A stretch of DNA of 64,000 nt from Candidatus Poseidoniaceae archaeon (GCA_028821785.1 JAPKFC010000001.1:7518-71517); one strand, 5' to 3'. Positions 46,617 to 54,677 are shown, numbered from the stretch's first letter. Notes: generated by a model from the letters alone, not told the origin. Program-made: numbers and translations.

Positions 46617-48170
46617 ATGGGGGAAGACAATACAATCTATCTCGACGGGGAAACTCTGTCTTCTTCGGAAGTGCAAATGGTTGCTGAAGGAAAGGCATCT
46701 GTTGCTATTTCTCAAGATTCATGGGTCAAAATTAATGCAGCAAGATCTGTTATTGATGGGATACTGGAGAGAGGGGAAACTGTTTACGGAATCAATACAG
46801 GATTCGGTGCATTGGTCAAGGAAAGGATATCAGTTGAAGATTTGGCAGACTTACAAAGAAATCTTATCCGTTCACACGCCACTGGATTGGGAGAGTTCAT
46901 GTCAAAGGAATTGGTTAGGGCTATGATGGTGACAAGGGCTAATTCTCTTGCAAAAGGATGTTCAGGAGTACATCCTGATGTTGTTAATCAGATAATTGCT
47001 TTCATCAATAACGACATTTGTCCAGCGATACCACGTATAGGTAGTTTGGGAGCTAGTGGAGATTTAGCACCATTATCACACATGGCTCTTTCACTAATCG
47101 GAGAGGGTGAGGTCTTAACAGAAACAGGCGTTGGTCCTACTAGAGATGCCTTACTCGCCAATGGTTTAATTGGCATTCAATTGAGGGCTAAGGATGGATT
47201 ATCTCTAATCAACGGAACTAGTCAAATGTTATCGCTCTTAGTTGCTGCTGAACAAAGGCTCAGCCAATTATTACCTCTCGCTGACATCATCATGTGTTGT
47301 TCATTAGAAGCAAGGAAAGGAAGTGTAATGCCTGCTGATGAAAGAGTTCATCTGGCTCGCCCTCACATTGGCCAATTAACAACAGCATCACGGATGCGAA
47401 GAATAATGAAAGATTCTCCAATTCTTCAATCTCATGCTCATTGTGAACAAGTTCAAGATGCTTATTCATTTAGATGTGCTCCTCAAGTCCATGGTGCTGT
47501 TTTGCAGAGATTTATGCAACTGCAAGAAACCTTGGATATAGAATTGAATAGTGCGACGGATAATCCATTGGTATTTCCAGATCCTTCTAACCCTGGTTCA
47601 CATGAAGTTATTTCACAGGGTAATTTCCATGGAGAAGTTTTGGCATTATGTGCTGATTCCATGGCCCATGCACTTTTTGAATTGGCATCTATTAGTGAAC
47701 GAAGGATTGACCAAATCCTTGACCCTGCTAGAAGCAATCTACCAGCGTTCTTGGCAAAGAATTCGGGTCTTGAATCTGGATTGATGATAGTCCAATATGT
47801 TGCAGGTGCATCTTTGGCCGAATTACACGGTCATGCAATGCCACGTTCAGCATTCTCCACTAGCACTTCAGCAGGGCAAGAAGACCACGTTAGTATGGGT
47901 GCTACTGCTTGTTGGAATCTTTTGCTTGCTACCGAGCGATTATCAGAGGTTCTGGCATGTGAATTATTTGTTGCGTGTGAAGCATTGGAGTTTGAACAAC
48001 TACAACCCGCAGATCATGTTCGCTCATTGAAGCAAAGAGTTAGAGTTATTTCACCACCACTCGATGGAGATAGAAGTACAAGCAAAGAGTTGAAGAAAAT
48101 TGCCAACCAGTTATGGCAAGGTGGTTGGCTTGCTAGAATTGAAGCAGAATGCGGCAGACTACCTCGTTAA
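46617..48170 (+). CDS. hutH: histidine ammonia-lyase
   Basis: The MIO-forming triad sits in the context GSLGASGDLAPLSH. Other motifs are YGINTGFG and QEDHVSMG. Confidence 0.92.
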   Translation: MGEDNTIYLDGETLSSSEVQMVAEGKASVAISQDSWVKINAARSVIDGILERGETVYGINTGFGALVKERISVEDLADLQRNLIRSHATGLGEFMSKELVRAMMVTRANSLAKGCSGVHPDVVNQIIAFINNDICPAIPRIGSLGASGDLAPLSHMALSLIGEGEVLTETGVGPTRDALLANGLIGIQLRAKDGLSLINGTSQMLSLLVAAEQRLSQLLPLADIIMCCSLEARKGSVMPADERVHLARPHIGQLTTASRMRRIMKDSPILQSHAHCEQVQDAYSFRCAPQVHGAVLQRFMQLQETLDIELNSATDNPLVFPDPSNPGSHEVISQGNFHGEVLALCADSMAHALFELASISERRIDQILDPARSNLPAFLAKNSGLESGLMIVQYVAGASLAELHGHAMPRSAFSTSTSAGQEDHVSMGATACWNLLLATERLSEVLACELFVACEALEFEQLQPADHVRSLKQRVRVISPPLDGDRSTSKELKKIANQLWQGGWLARIEAECGRLPR

Positions 48171-49076
48171 TCACAAGGAAAGTAACCATTTTTCCAGTTC
48201 ATCTAGGCCTGTCAGTTGCCTAATTCTGAATCTAGCAGTGGTTAATTCAGTGGCTGAGATATTATCGGAAATTGCTTCTAGATGGTTTTCTAATTCAACA
48301 GCCCTTCTAACCTTCTCCTCAACTGATGAATATAATTGATGAGCCATCTTTTCATCTATAATCGTAAGTGCTGGCTCAACTTCAGAAACATCTAGACCCA
48401 TTCTCCTCCATTGTAAAATACGGCGCGTAAGGATGGAATTACTAAATCCATTACGAGGTAATCGAGTCAGCATTACCAACTTAGGAGAGCCATCTTCTCT
48501 AGTATCTAATTCAATATCTTCCCCAGGCATTTGCTGGAAATTATGAATTTTTATTGCTTCACTGGGATCGTTTTGTGTATCGGAGTTTTCTTCATGGAAC
48601 TCGATAAGGTCATCTTGCATTTGCGAGAAGATTTCTGCCTCTGGCGCTTCTCTCCTTAATCGCGCTAGCCAAACCGAATCAAACACTAAACAATTTATTG
48701 GAAATATGATTTTCCAAGAACTTTTGTATGCTTCATCTCTAATTTGCCGAATAAATGCCAGGACAGCATCCTCGCCGTGTAAAGACACTAGCCACTCAAG
48801 TCCTTCTATGATTATCAATCCGTGGTCATTAGGTAATTTGGAAGTGACAATGTGGGCGATTTTTTCAAGACTAGGAGCAATTGCGCCAGCAGTGGCACGG
48901 TCGGATAGCCAATATGATTCAACCTTAGCCAAATCAATGTACTCTAACAATCGTTTGTGAGGCTGGCGGCTGAACAACAATACATGTTGCTGAGAGACTT
49001 CTAATTGTTTGTCGAGCCAAGGATATAAGACAGTATTGTCGGATAATTCTGCAGTATATAGTCGCCCTTGCTCCAT
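48171..49076 (-). CDS. DUF835-like protein (degenerate KaiC/RecA-like scaffold) with helical C-terminal extension
   Basis: The N-terminal ~150 aa follow the DUF835 pattern as I recall it: LLFSRQPHKRL...YWLSD....AIAPSLEKI...GLIIIEGLEWLVSLHGEDAVLAFIRQIRDEA. There is no Walker A. The C-terminal ~100 aa are helical (ILQWRRMGLDVSEVEPAL...). Confidence 0.5.
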   Translation of the reverse strand: MEQGRLYTAELSDNTVLYPWLDKQLEVSQQHVLLFSRQPHKRLLEYIDLAKVESYWLSDRATAGAIAPSLEKIAHIVTSKLPNDHGLIIIEGLEWLVSLHGEDAVLAFIRQIRDEAYKSSWKIIFPINCLVFDSVWLARLRREAPEAEIFSQMQDDLIEFHEENSDTQNDPSEAIKIHNFQQMPGEDIELDTREDGSPKLVMLTRLPRNGFSNSILTRRILQWRRMGLDVSEVEPALTIIDEKMAHQLYSSVEEKVRRAVELENHLEAISDNISATELTTARFRIRQLTGLDELEKWLLSL

Positions 49077-49189
49077 CGGTCAGCCTCCCTTAAATGGTAC
49101 TATGAAGTAACCGCTCTATTTACTATGTGTCACTGTAAACTCCATCAAGCATTATATCTATTGTTTGTTTGGCATATATAGGTGTGACA

Positions 49190-50869
49190 ATGACCGAGAC
49201 AGAGAATGATGAAACCTCAATGGCAGAATGTGGGAATTGCCGTGCGGTAATTCCAAGTGATTCTAGCGAATGTTCAGAATGTAAAATCAAGTTTTCGGGA
49301 CTTTCAGAAGATGCCCTTGGTGAATGTGGCGCTTGTGGAACTTTAGTTCCTCTTGAATCAACCAGTTGCAAAAAGTGTGGCGTTATTTTCGTTGCAGATG
49401 ATGTGATGGATGTATTGCGAAACTGGCTAGCTAACACTGGTTTAAGCATAGCCTCATTATTTGATAAATTCGATACTAACGGAGACGGAATGATCGACTC
49501 TGATGAATTACGGCAAGGGCTGTTAAGCCTAAATCTAGCAGATCTCCCTCCATCACAAATTGATAGATTGATTGAGCAAATTGATATTGATGGCGATGGA
49601 AAAATAGACTTAGCGGAATTAGAAAAATCCGTTACTGGCGCAGAATATACTCCTTCTGAGGTTGAAAAAGAAGAAGATTCTGAAGAATCCGAAGAAGAAA
49701 ATGAAGAAGAAGAAGATTCTGACGCTGATTCTGAAGATTCCGAAGAAGAAAATGAAGAAGAAGATTCTGACGCTGATTCTGAAGATGATAGCGAATCTGC
49801 TTCAAAACAATATAACCCTGCCGAGATTCTTGAAATGTTGATTAATGTCATGGATGAGCAAGAGGCTAATCCAGCAGAGATTTTCCATGTATTGGATGAA
49901 GATGGTGACAAATATGTTAGCAGTGAAGAATTCTCAAATACGGTCGGAGAACTACTAGAGGGTGAAGATATTAGCCAAACAAGTATTTCAGATTTCATTG
50001 AATCTTTAGATTTAGATAAAGATGGAAATATTGACATAATCGAATTCATTTCTGCTATTGAGTCTCAAGAAGATGAAGAACTCGAAGAAGAATCTGAAGA
50101 GGATTCAAATTACTCAGAAAAGCCTCCTAAGGAATTCCCTTCACCGATGCAATCAGCAATGATCACTAAGAAATGGAATGATATCTGGTGGCCGCTAATT
50201 CACGCAGCATTCTTTGCTTTCATACTTATTTGGGTTGTCAATGGTATCGGCCTTATTGTTGATGGTTCAGGAGGACCTGTTGCATTGGAAACCTCCTACG
50301 GGATGGGCAGCGGCGATCTGAGTGAAGGCGATATTTACCCTTGTGATGCAGAAATCCAAGTCGATAATTGCGCGAATTCATTAACTCCTTTCTCTGGTGA
50401 AGCCTCATCTATGCCGAAAGGATTCTATGCTGATGGTATCTTTTTCATAATTCTTGGAGCCATGGGTATGGTGGGCTCAATGTTTACACACTTGGTCCTA
50501 GCCAAAGGTTGGAGAGAACGTGTCAAGGCTATGAAGGAAGTTGAATCTGATACAGAGGATGCAAAAGAAGCATCTGATGACGAAGATGAAGGTGATTCAG
50601 ACTCAGATGAAGAAGAAAATGATGATTCTGTCAGCGATGAAGATATCTCTGAAGATGAAGGAGATGATTCCGATGACGAAGAAGGAGATGATTCCGATGA
50701 CGAAGAAGATGATATCGACGTCGGATCCCATATTGGCCTCACAGTTGATGAGGAAGAATTCTTTGGAACCATAATTGAGTTTGATGACGAGGATGAACTT
50801 GTTACAATCAAGGAAGACGGTACTGGTGATGAAATAACTGGATACCAAGATGAGATGTTCTTGGAGTAA
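49190..50869 (+). CDS. double zinc-ribbon, four-EF-hand, two-TM, poly-acidic protein
   Basis: Two zinc ribbons: CGNCRAVIPSDSSECSECK and CGACGTLVPLESTSCKKCG. Four canonical 12-residue EF loops: DTNGDGMIDSDE, DIDGDGKIDLAE, DEDGDKYVSSEE and DLDKDGNIDIIE. Two TM helices flank a Cys-containing loop, followed by an Asp/Glu-rich C-terminus ending in a small beta-like module. The ATG at 49190 follows AGGTG; the ORF track begins at TTG 49169. Confidence 0.65.
   Translation: MTETENDETSMAECGNCRAVIPSDSSECSECKIKFSGLSEDALGECGACGTLVPLESTSCKKCGVIFVADDVMDVLRNWLANTGLSIASLFDKFDTNGDGMIDSDELRQGLLSLNLADLPPSQIDRLIEQIDIDGDGKIDLAELEKSVTGAEYTPSEVEKEEDSEESEEENEEEEDSDADSEDSEEENEEEDSDADSEDDSESASKQYNPAEILEMLINVMDEQEANPAEIFHVLDEDGDKYVSSEEFSNTVGELLEGEDISQTSISDFIESLDLDKDGNIDIIEFISAIESQEDEELEEESEEDSNYSEKPPKEFPSPMQSAMITKKWNDIWWPLIHAAFFAFILIWVVNGIGLIVDGSGGPVALETSYGMGSGDLSEGDIYPCDAEIQVDNCANSLTPFSGEASSMPKGFYADGIFFIILGAMGMVGSMFTHLVLAKGWRERVKAMKEVESDTEDAKEASDDEDEGDSDSDEEENDDSVSDEDISEDEGDDSDDEEGDDSDDEEDDIDVGSHIGLTVDEEEFFGTIIEFDDEDELVTIKEDGTGDEITGYQDEMFLE
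49676..49789 (+). repeat. in-frame tandem repeat (51 + 48 + partial 15 bp) encoding DSE(E/D)SEEENEEE(E)DSDA
   Basis: Units at 49676-49726 and 49727-49774, with a partial unit from 49775. The copies are near-identical and differ by one GAA codon and a few substitutions. Confidence 0.8.
50660..50707 (+). repeat. 2 x 24-bp perfect tandem repeat (GDDSDDEE)
   Basis: ggagatgattccgatgacgaagaa occurs twice in succession within the acidic tail of the EF-hand protein gene. Confidence 0.8.
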
Positions 50870-50873
50870 ATAC

Positions 50874-51245
50874 ATGTCCGCCGACCCACTAAATGCATTG
50901 CGCGGCACATCCTTTTGTCCTGTCTGCGGTTGTATTGAAACCTCAGGTAGTGTTCGCTGTGCTGAGTGTGGTACATTCCATTCTAGCGCTCATTTAGAGG
51001 AGAGAGAAGCACCTCCACCTTCGCAAGAAGTACCAACACAACTAGTTGATCCAGCATCATATTCGTTAGCACCTGGGGCAGACCAGATCCCTGTAGAGTC
51101 GTTTGAAGAATCAGATTCTGTAACTAGCTGGGAAGGTGGTTCAACTGATTTCACTGTGGATGAAGAGGACGAAAGGCCAATGAGTAGAGTTGACCCTGAT
51201 GAATTGGTCTTACCCGATCCAGAGGAATTAACAAATATTAAGTGA
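50874..51245 (+). CDS. zinc-ribbon protein with acidic, probably disordered tail
   Basis: CPVCGCIETSGSVRCAECG is followed by a Pro/Glu/Asp-rich sequence. The ATG at 50874 lies 5 nt after the stop of the EF-hand protein gene. Confidence 0.45.
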   Translation: MSADPLNALRGTSFCPVCGCIETSGSVRCAECGTFHSSAHLEEREAPPPSQEVPTQLVDPASYSLAPGADQIPVESFEESDSVTSWEGGSTDFTVDEEDERPMSRVDPDELVLPDPEELTNIK

Positions 51246-51271
51246 TACTGATTTATCAGTATATACTTTTT
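51245..51271 (+). terminator. stem-loop plus T5 immediately after the zinc-ribbon gene stop
   Basis: ATACTGAT (51245-51252) pairs with ATCAGTAT (51255-51262), followed by TTTTT at 51267-51271. T-runs are the archaeal termination signal. Confidence 0.4.
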
Positions 51272-51342
51272 GAATGGTAATTATAATTTATTACTTTCAA
51301 AAGTTAAAAGTAATGAAATCATACGATATGAGATATAAATAC

Positions 51343-51418
51343 TGGTGGGCTCGGAGAGAATTGAACTCTCGATCTTCGCCATGTCAAGGCGACGTCATAA
51401 CCCCTAGACCACAAGCCC
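51343..51418 (-). tRNA. tRNA-Val (anticodon GAC), genomically encoded CCA, no intron
   Basis: The reverse complement is GGGCTTG-TG-GTCT-AGGGGTTA-TGAC-G-TCGCC-TTGACAT-GGCGA-AGATC-GAGAG-TTCAATT-CTCTC-CGAGCCC-A-CCA. It folds into a full 76-nt cloverleaf with a 7-bp acceptor stem (one G-U), 5-bp anticodon and T stems, and anticodon loop TT-GAC-AT. Confidence 0.92.
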
Positions 51419-51444
51419 CTAGGTAAAGTGAGCCACTTAGGCTC

Positions 51445-51453
51445 TATATTAAA
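51445..51453 (-). promoter_or_regulatory. candidate TATA box for tRNA-Val
   Basis: TTTAATATA on the minus strand lies 27-35 nt upstream of the mature tRNA 5' end, which is the usual archaeal spacing. Confidence 0.4.
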
Positions 51454-51477
51454 CGGATTCGGTATACTATTTCCGAT

Positions 51478-51630
51478 TCAGCTAACGATCTTAGAAATCT
51501 TACCAGTACAACCTGGTTGAGAGCAAAGACCCCCCATTCTAGTTCGTCCATTAGACATTTTGAATAATTGACCATCTTTAATCGGTCCATATGTTTTACA
51601 CTTCAAACAAAATCCTTCAACTACTGCCAT
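51478..51630 (-). CDS. small (50 aa) zinc-ribbon-like protein, DUF5679-like
   Basis: Below the 60-aa cutoff of the ORF track. Hand translation gives MAVVEGFCLKCKTYGPIKDGQLFKMSNGRTRMGGLCSQPGCTGKISKIVS*. The pattern C.KC...(beta hairpin)..NGR....G.C...C..K matches my recollection of DUF5679. GAGTGAG lies just upstream of the ATG. Confidence 0.55.
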   Translation of the reverse strand: MAVVEGFCLKCKTYGPIKDGQLFKMSNGRTRMGGLCSQPGCTGKISKIVS

Positions 51631-51904
51631 CTCACTCAGTATGTTCCAGACATATCATTGACTTGAACCCTACTATTCGACATCATTTTTGAGAATGTTA
51701 GAATTTCTTGAATAATGCACCCTCTGAGGGGGGGATTAGAGGTGCATTTTTACGATTCTTTGAAAGTTTTCCGCTCACAGTATTTCACAAAAGCACTACT
51801 GCGTAGCATTTTTCCTTACTAGACTGGTTATTCTATGCCGCCAGATAAATCCAATGTCGTATAACTTACCTTATACGACATTATACTGCACGGTTTGAGA
51901 GTGA

Positions 51905-52249
51905 TTATTCCGATTGTTCAAGATTAAGTTGCAAATCTTCAGTTTCGATTGTAAATACACCCACTAACGGAGGGCCGAGTAAGCAAGAATCTAATCCACC
52001 ATCACGCGAATCAAGAGTTTCAATAATTGCATTTGAAATATCGATCCAATCTTGCCTAGATGCAAAAACACTCTGGACAAGAAGTAATGGTTCACCATCA
52101 CTAGATTTAGCATACCATGCTGCAAGACAACCAGATTTTTGTCTTTTGAATTCTTGACGCGTATTGAGCATTCGTAGGAGTCTTGCATCTTTACCTTGAG
52201 CTGGTGAACAAACTACAGTTTCCATTATTGCTTCAACCATGATTTCCAC
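51905..52249 (-). CDS. hypothetical protein, possibly ABM/Dabb-like ferredoxin-fold
   Basis: A 114-aa ORF with alternating beta-alpha character and a W...W pattern (AAWYAKSSDGEPLLLVQSVFASRQDWIDISN), loosely like antibiotic-biosynthesis-monooxygenase domains. This is weak. Confidence 0.35.
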   Translation of the reverse strand: MEIMVEAIMETVVCSPAQGKDARLLRMLNTRQEFKRQKSGCLAAWYAKSSDGEPLLLVQSVFASRQDWIDISNAIIETLDSRDGGLDSCLLGPPLVGVFTIETEDLQLNLEQSE

Positions 52250-52323
52250 CTTATTAATAATTACACTGGTTTAATATTATTTACTTTCTAAAATCTATTA
52301 ACACATAATTCAGTAGTGTCGAA

Positions 52324-53604
52324 TTAATGGAAAACCAAATCACCTTCAAGCATAGTAGCATGGAATGGTGAATCTCCAGGTTGTTGGCACCAAGCCTGCC
52401 ACCATGGACCATCTACGATATTCAAGTTCGCAACCGCACCTTCTTCGATAACTCCGTGTCGCGCACCCGAGGGGTGTGGAGTTGTTTGAGCAGGGTTGCG
52501 TGAGCAAGCCACTAGTGCCGCTAAAGGTGATACTGCACAACGTTGTACGAGTATAGAAGCGATAAAGGGTAAACTCAATGTTTGGCAATTAGGATTGAAA
52601 TCTGTGGCAACAGACCAAGTGAATTGTTGTTCAGTGATTTCGTTAAAATCAGGCCACTGTTCGCCCATTGAATATGGTGTTCCGGGCAAAAATCCGCAAT
52701 TAACACCGTTCTCCTCCATTTTTATTCTAGCATCAGTAGAAGTGTAATGGGAATGATCTGCACTGGTTACTGCTAATTCGGCAGCTAAGTCTCCACCACC
52801 ACCATCGGTAAACTCGTCAACATGCATTCTCAAATCGAGACCTCCTTGTTTAGATTGTTTTAGAATGTCCTCACTCTCTTCAATGGTAAACCACCCCGGC
52901 TCGCAAAATACATCAGCAGAACGGGCAAGACCTTGTTCCAATACAGCAGGTAATTGTTCGCTCAAGATTTCTTCTACGTAATCGCTCCTCGAGTAACCCT
53001 TCGGAGTAGCATGCGCACCTAGCCAAGTTTGATCAATACTCGGCAGGTGATTCATTTTAGAGAGTTCATTTGCTGCGGCGATTAGTTTTAATTCAGACTC
53101 TGTGGATAATCCATATCCACTTTTTACTTCTAAGTGAGTTGAACCATTTCTAAAAGCACCCCTCAAGCGCTTGTAACCTAATTCAACCAATTCGGCTTGT
53201 GTTGAATTACGTGTTGCTTCAACTGTAGAAACTATCCCTCCACCCATTGAAGCGATATCGGAATAAGAATGTCCTTGCTGACGCCACGATACTTCTCTAG
53301 AGCGGTCCCCCGACCACAATAAATGGGTATGTGCATCTACTAGACCCGGTATTATTGCCTTTCCATTCAATGAATAAATTTTACACTCCGAATTATCCAA
53401 TTTAGAGTGGTGGATGTTTTCACCACCATACTCATCTTCTAGAGACTTTGAATCATCAATTTTCACAATTATGCCGTCTTCTATAACAATTCCCTTTCCA
53501 GCAGGATTAGTCAATAACTCAGAATCGAATATATCCGCACCCTTCAAAGAACCCTTTCCAGAGAGGTGGGCCATCGGCCCAAGGTCCAACAATACGGTTC
53601 GCAT
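52324..53604 (-). CDS. hutI: imidazolonepropionase
   Basis: Amidohydrolase metal ligands VDAHTHL and HVDEF, with the late HATMLEG-region context. The length (~425 aa) and the hut context fit. Confidence 0.88.
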   Translation of the reverse strand: MRTVLLDLGPMAHLSGKGSLKGADIFDSELLTNPAGKGIVIEDGIIVKIDDSKSLEDEYGGENIHHSKLDNSECKIYSLNGKAIIPGLVDAHTHLLWSGDRSREVSWRQQGHSYSDIASMGGGIVSTVEATRNSTQAELVELGYKRLRGAFRNGSTHLEVKSGYGLSTESELKLIAAANELSKMNHLPSIDQTWLGAHATPKGYSRSDYVEEILSEQLPAVLEQGLARSADVFCEPGWFTIEESEDILKQSKQGGLDLRMHVDEFTDGGGGDLAAELAVTSADHSHYTSTDARIKMEENGVNCGFLPGTPYSMGEQWPDFNEITEQQFTWSVATDFNPNCQTLSLPFIASILVQRCAVSPLAALVACSRNPAQTTPHPSGARHGVIEEGAVANLNIVDGPWWQAWCQQPGDSPFHATMLEGDLVFH

Positions 53605-53662
53605 TGGTGGGGCTTATGCGTGAGGGTTGAAGAACCATAGCCATGAGCACTGTCTGAGCGCG

Positions 53663-54673
53663 ATGGATAAGTGGACCCTTGGAATTGAGTCAACCGCTCA
53701 CACACTATCATTTGGATTGGTAGATCCTAATGGCATTCCGTTTCCATCTTGTTCCGATACCGTCAGTCCCGACGAGGGGGGAATTCATCCTCGTGAAGCA
53801 GCGGATCATCACAAAGAAGTTGCACCGGTCTTGCTAGAAAAAATACTTCTAGAGAATGAATTGAATATCTCCGATATTGGAGCAGTTGCTTATTCACAGG
53901 GGCCTGGATTAGCACCCTGCTTAAGAGTAGGTGCTGCTATTGCGAGAGGGATTTCTAGTAGACTTGGAATTCCATTAATTGGAGTTAATCACTGTGTTGC
54001 ACATATTGAAATCGGTAGAGACCAATGCGGTTGTATTGACCCTGTATTGCTATATGTTTCAGGAGGAAATACCCAAGTTATTGCAAGGCTGGAAGGGCGT
54101 TATCGTGTATTAGGTGAAACACTCGATATTGGCATTGGCAATATGCTTGACAAATTCGCACGCACTCAGGGAATACCATTTCCTGGCGGCCCAGTGATTG
54201 AGAAATTAGCCGCACAATGGCTTGCCGAAAACCCTAATCCCTCTATGGATGGTTTGGAATTACCATATGCTGTTAGGGGGATGGATTTGGCCTTCTCCGG
54301 AGTCATGACCGCAGCTCAGCGATTACTTGATTCTGGAAAATCTCTCGGCGCTGTATGTTGGTCATTACAGGAGCATGCATTCTCTGCATGTGTAGAAGTA
54401 GCGGAACGTGCAATGGCTCATACTGGAAAATCAGAACTGTTACTTGGTGGCGGTGTTGCATGTAATATGCGGCTACGTAAAATGTGTGAACTAATGGCGG
54501 ATGAGCGCGAATCAATTTCATTTGCACCTCCACGAATGTACTGTATTGACAACGGAACAATGATTGCAAAATTAGGGTTTTTGGAATTACTAAATGGTAG
54601 AATTACGACATACTCTGAAAGTGCCATAGACCAGTATTTACGAACTGACCAAACCCCAATTAGTTGGGCATGA
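53663..54673 (+). CDS. kae1: tRNA N6-adenosine threonylcarbamoyltransferase Kae1 (stand-alone, no Bud32 fusion)
   Basis: Motifs LGIESTAHT, NHCVAHIEIG, YVSGGNTQV, GGGVACN and CIDNGTMIA. The ATG at 53663 gives the canonical N-terminus; the ORF track begins at TTG 53627. Confidence 0.9.
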   Translation: MDKWTLGIESTAHTLSFGLVDPNGIPFPSCSDTVSPDEGGIHPREAADHHKEVAPVLLEKILLENELNISDIGAVAYSQGPGLAPCLRVGAAIARGISSRLGIPLIGVNHCVAHIEIGRDQCGCIDPVLLYVSGGNTQVIARLEGRYRVLGETLDIGIGNMLDKFARTQGIPFPGGPVIEKLAAQWLAENPNPSMDGLELPYAVRGMDLAFSGVMTAAQRLLDSGKSLGAVCWSLQEHAFSACVEVAERAMAHTGKSELLLGGGVACNMRLRKMCELMADERESISFAPPRMYCIDNGTMIAKLGFLELLNGRITTYSESAIDQYLRTDQTPISWA

Positions 54674-54677
54674 GGGC

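Noticed and set aside
49123-50049. A 308-aa Ser-rich ORF on the minus strand, and a 183-aa Ser-rich ORF at 50425..50976.
   Set aside because: They are the antisense shadow of GAA/GAT-rich acidic repeats, because TTC and ATC read as Ser/Phe/Ile-rich frames. The plus-strand frame contains four canonical EF-hand loops and two zinc ribbons, so the plus-strand gene is the real one.
51343-51419. An extra G at position -1 of the tRNA (51419), suggesting tRNA-His.
   Set aside because: The anticodon loop reads TT-GAC-AT, so the anticodon is GAC (Val). The 7-bp acceptor stem closes without the extra G, which is just flanking sequence.
51636-51686. A C/D-box sRNA-like arrangement on the minus strand: ATGATGT ... 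ATGATAT ... 12 nt ... CTGA.
   Set aside because: Both the C and C' boxes deviate from RUGAUGA. There is no recognisable D' box and no terminal stem. The element lies in the immediate 5' leader of the DUF5679-like ORF, with its D box 5 nt from the ATG. It is most likely chance in AT-rich sequence.
48171-52323. Calling the tRNA-Val-associated block an integrated mobile element.
   Set aside because: I saw no integrase, recombinase, transposase or viral genes. By eye I found no second copy of the tRNA 3' segment that could serve as an att site. I report it only as a possible insertion hot spot that needs comparative data.
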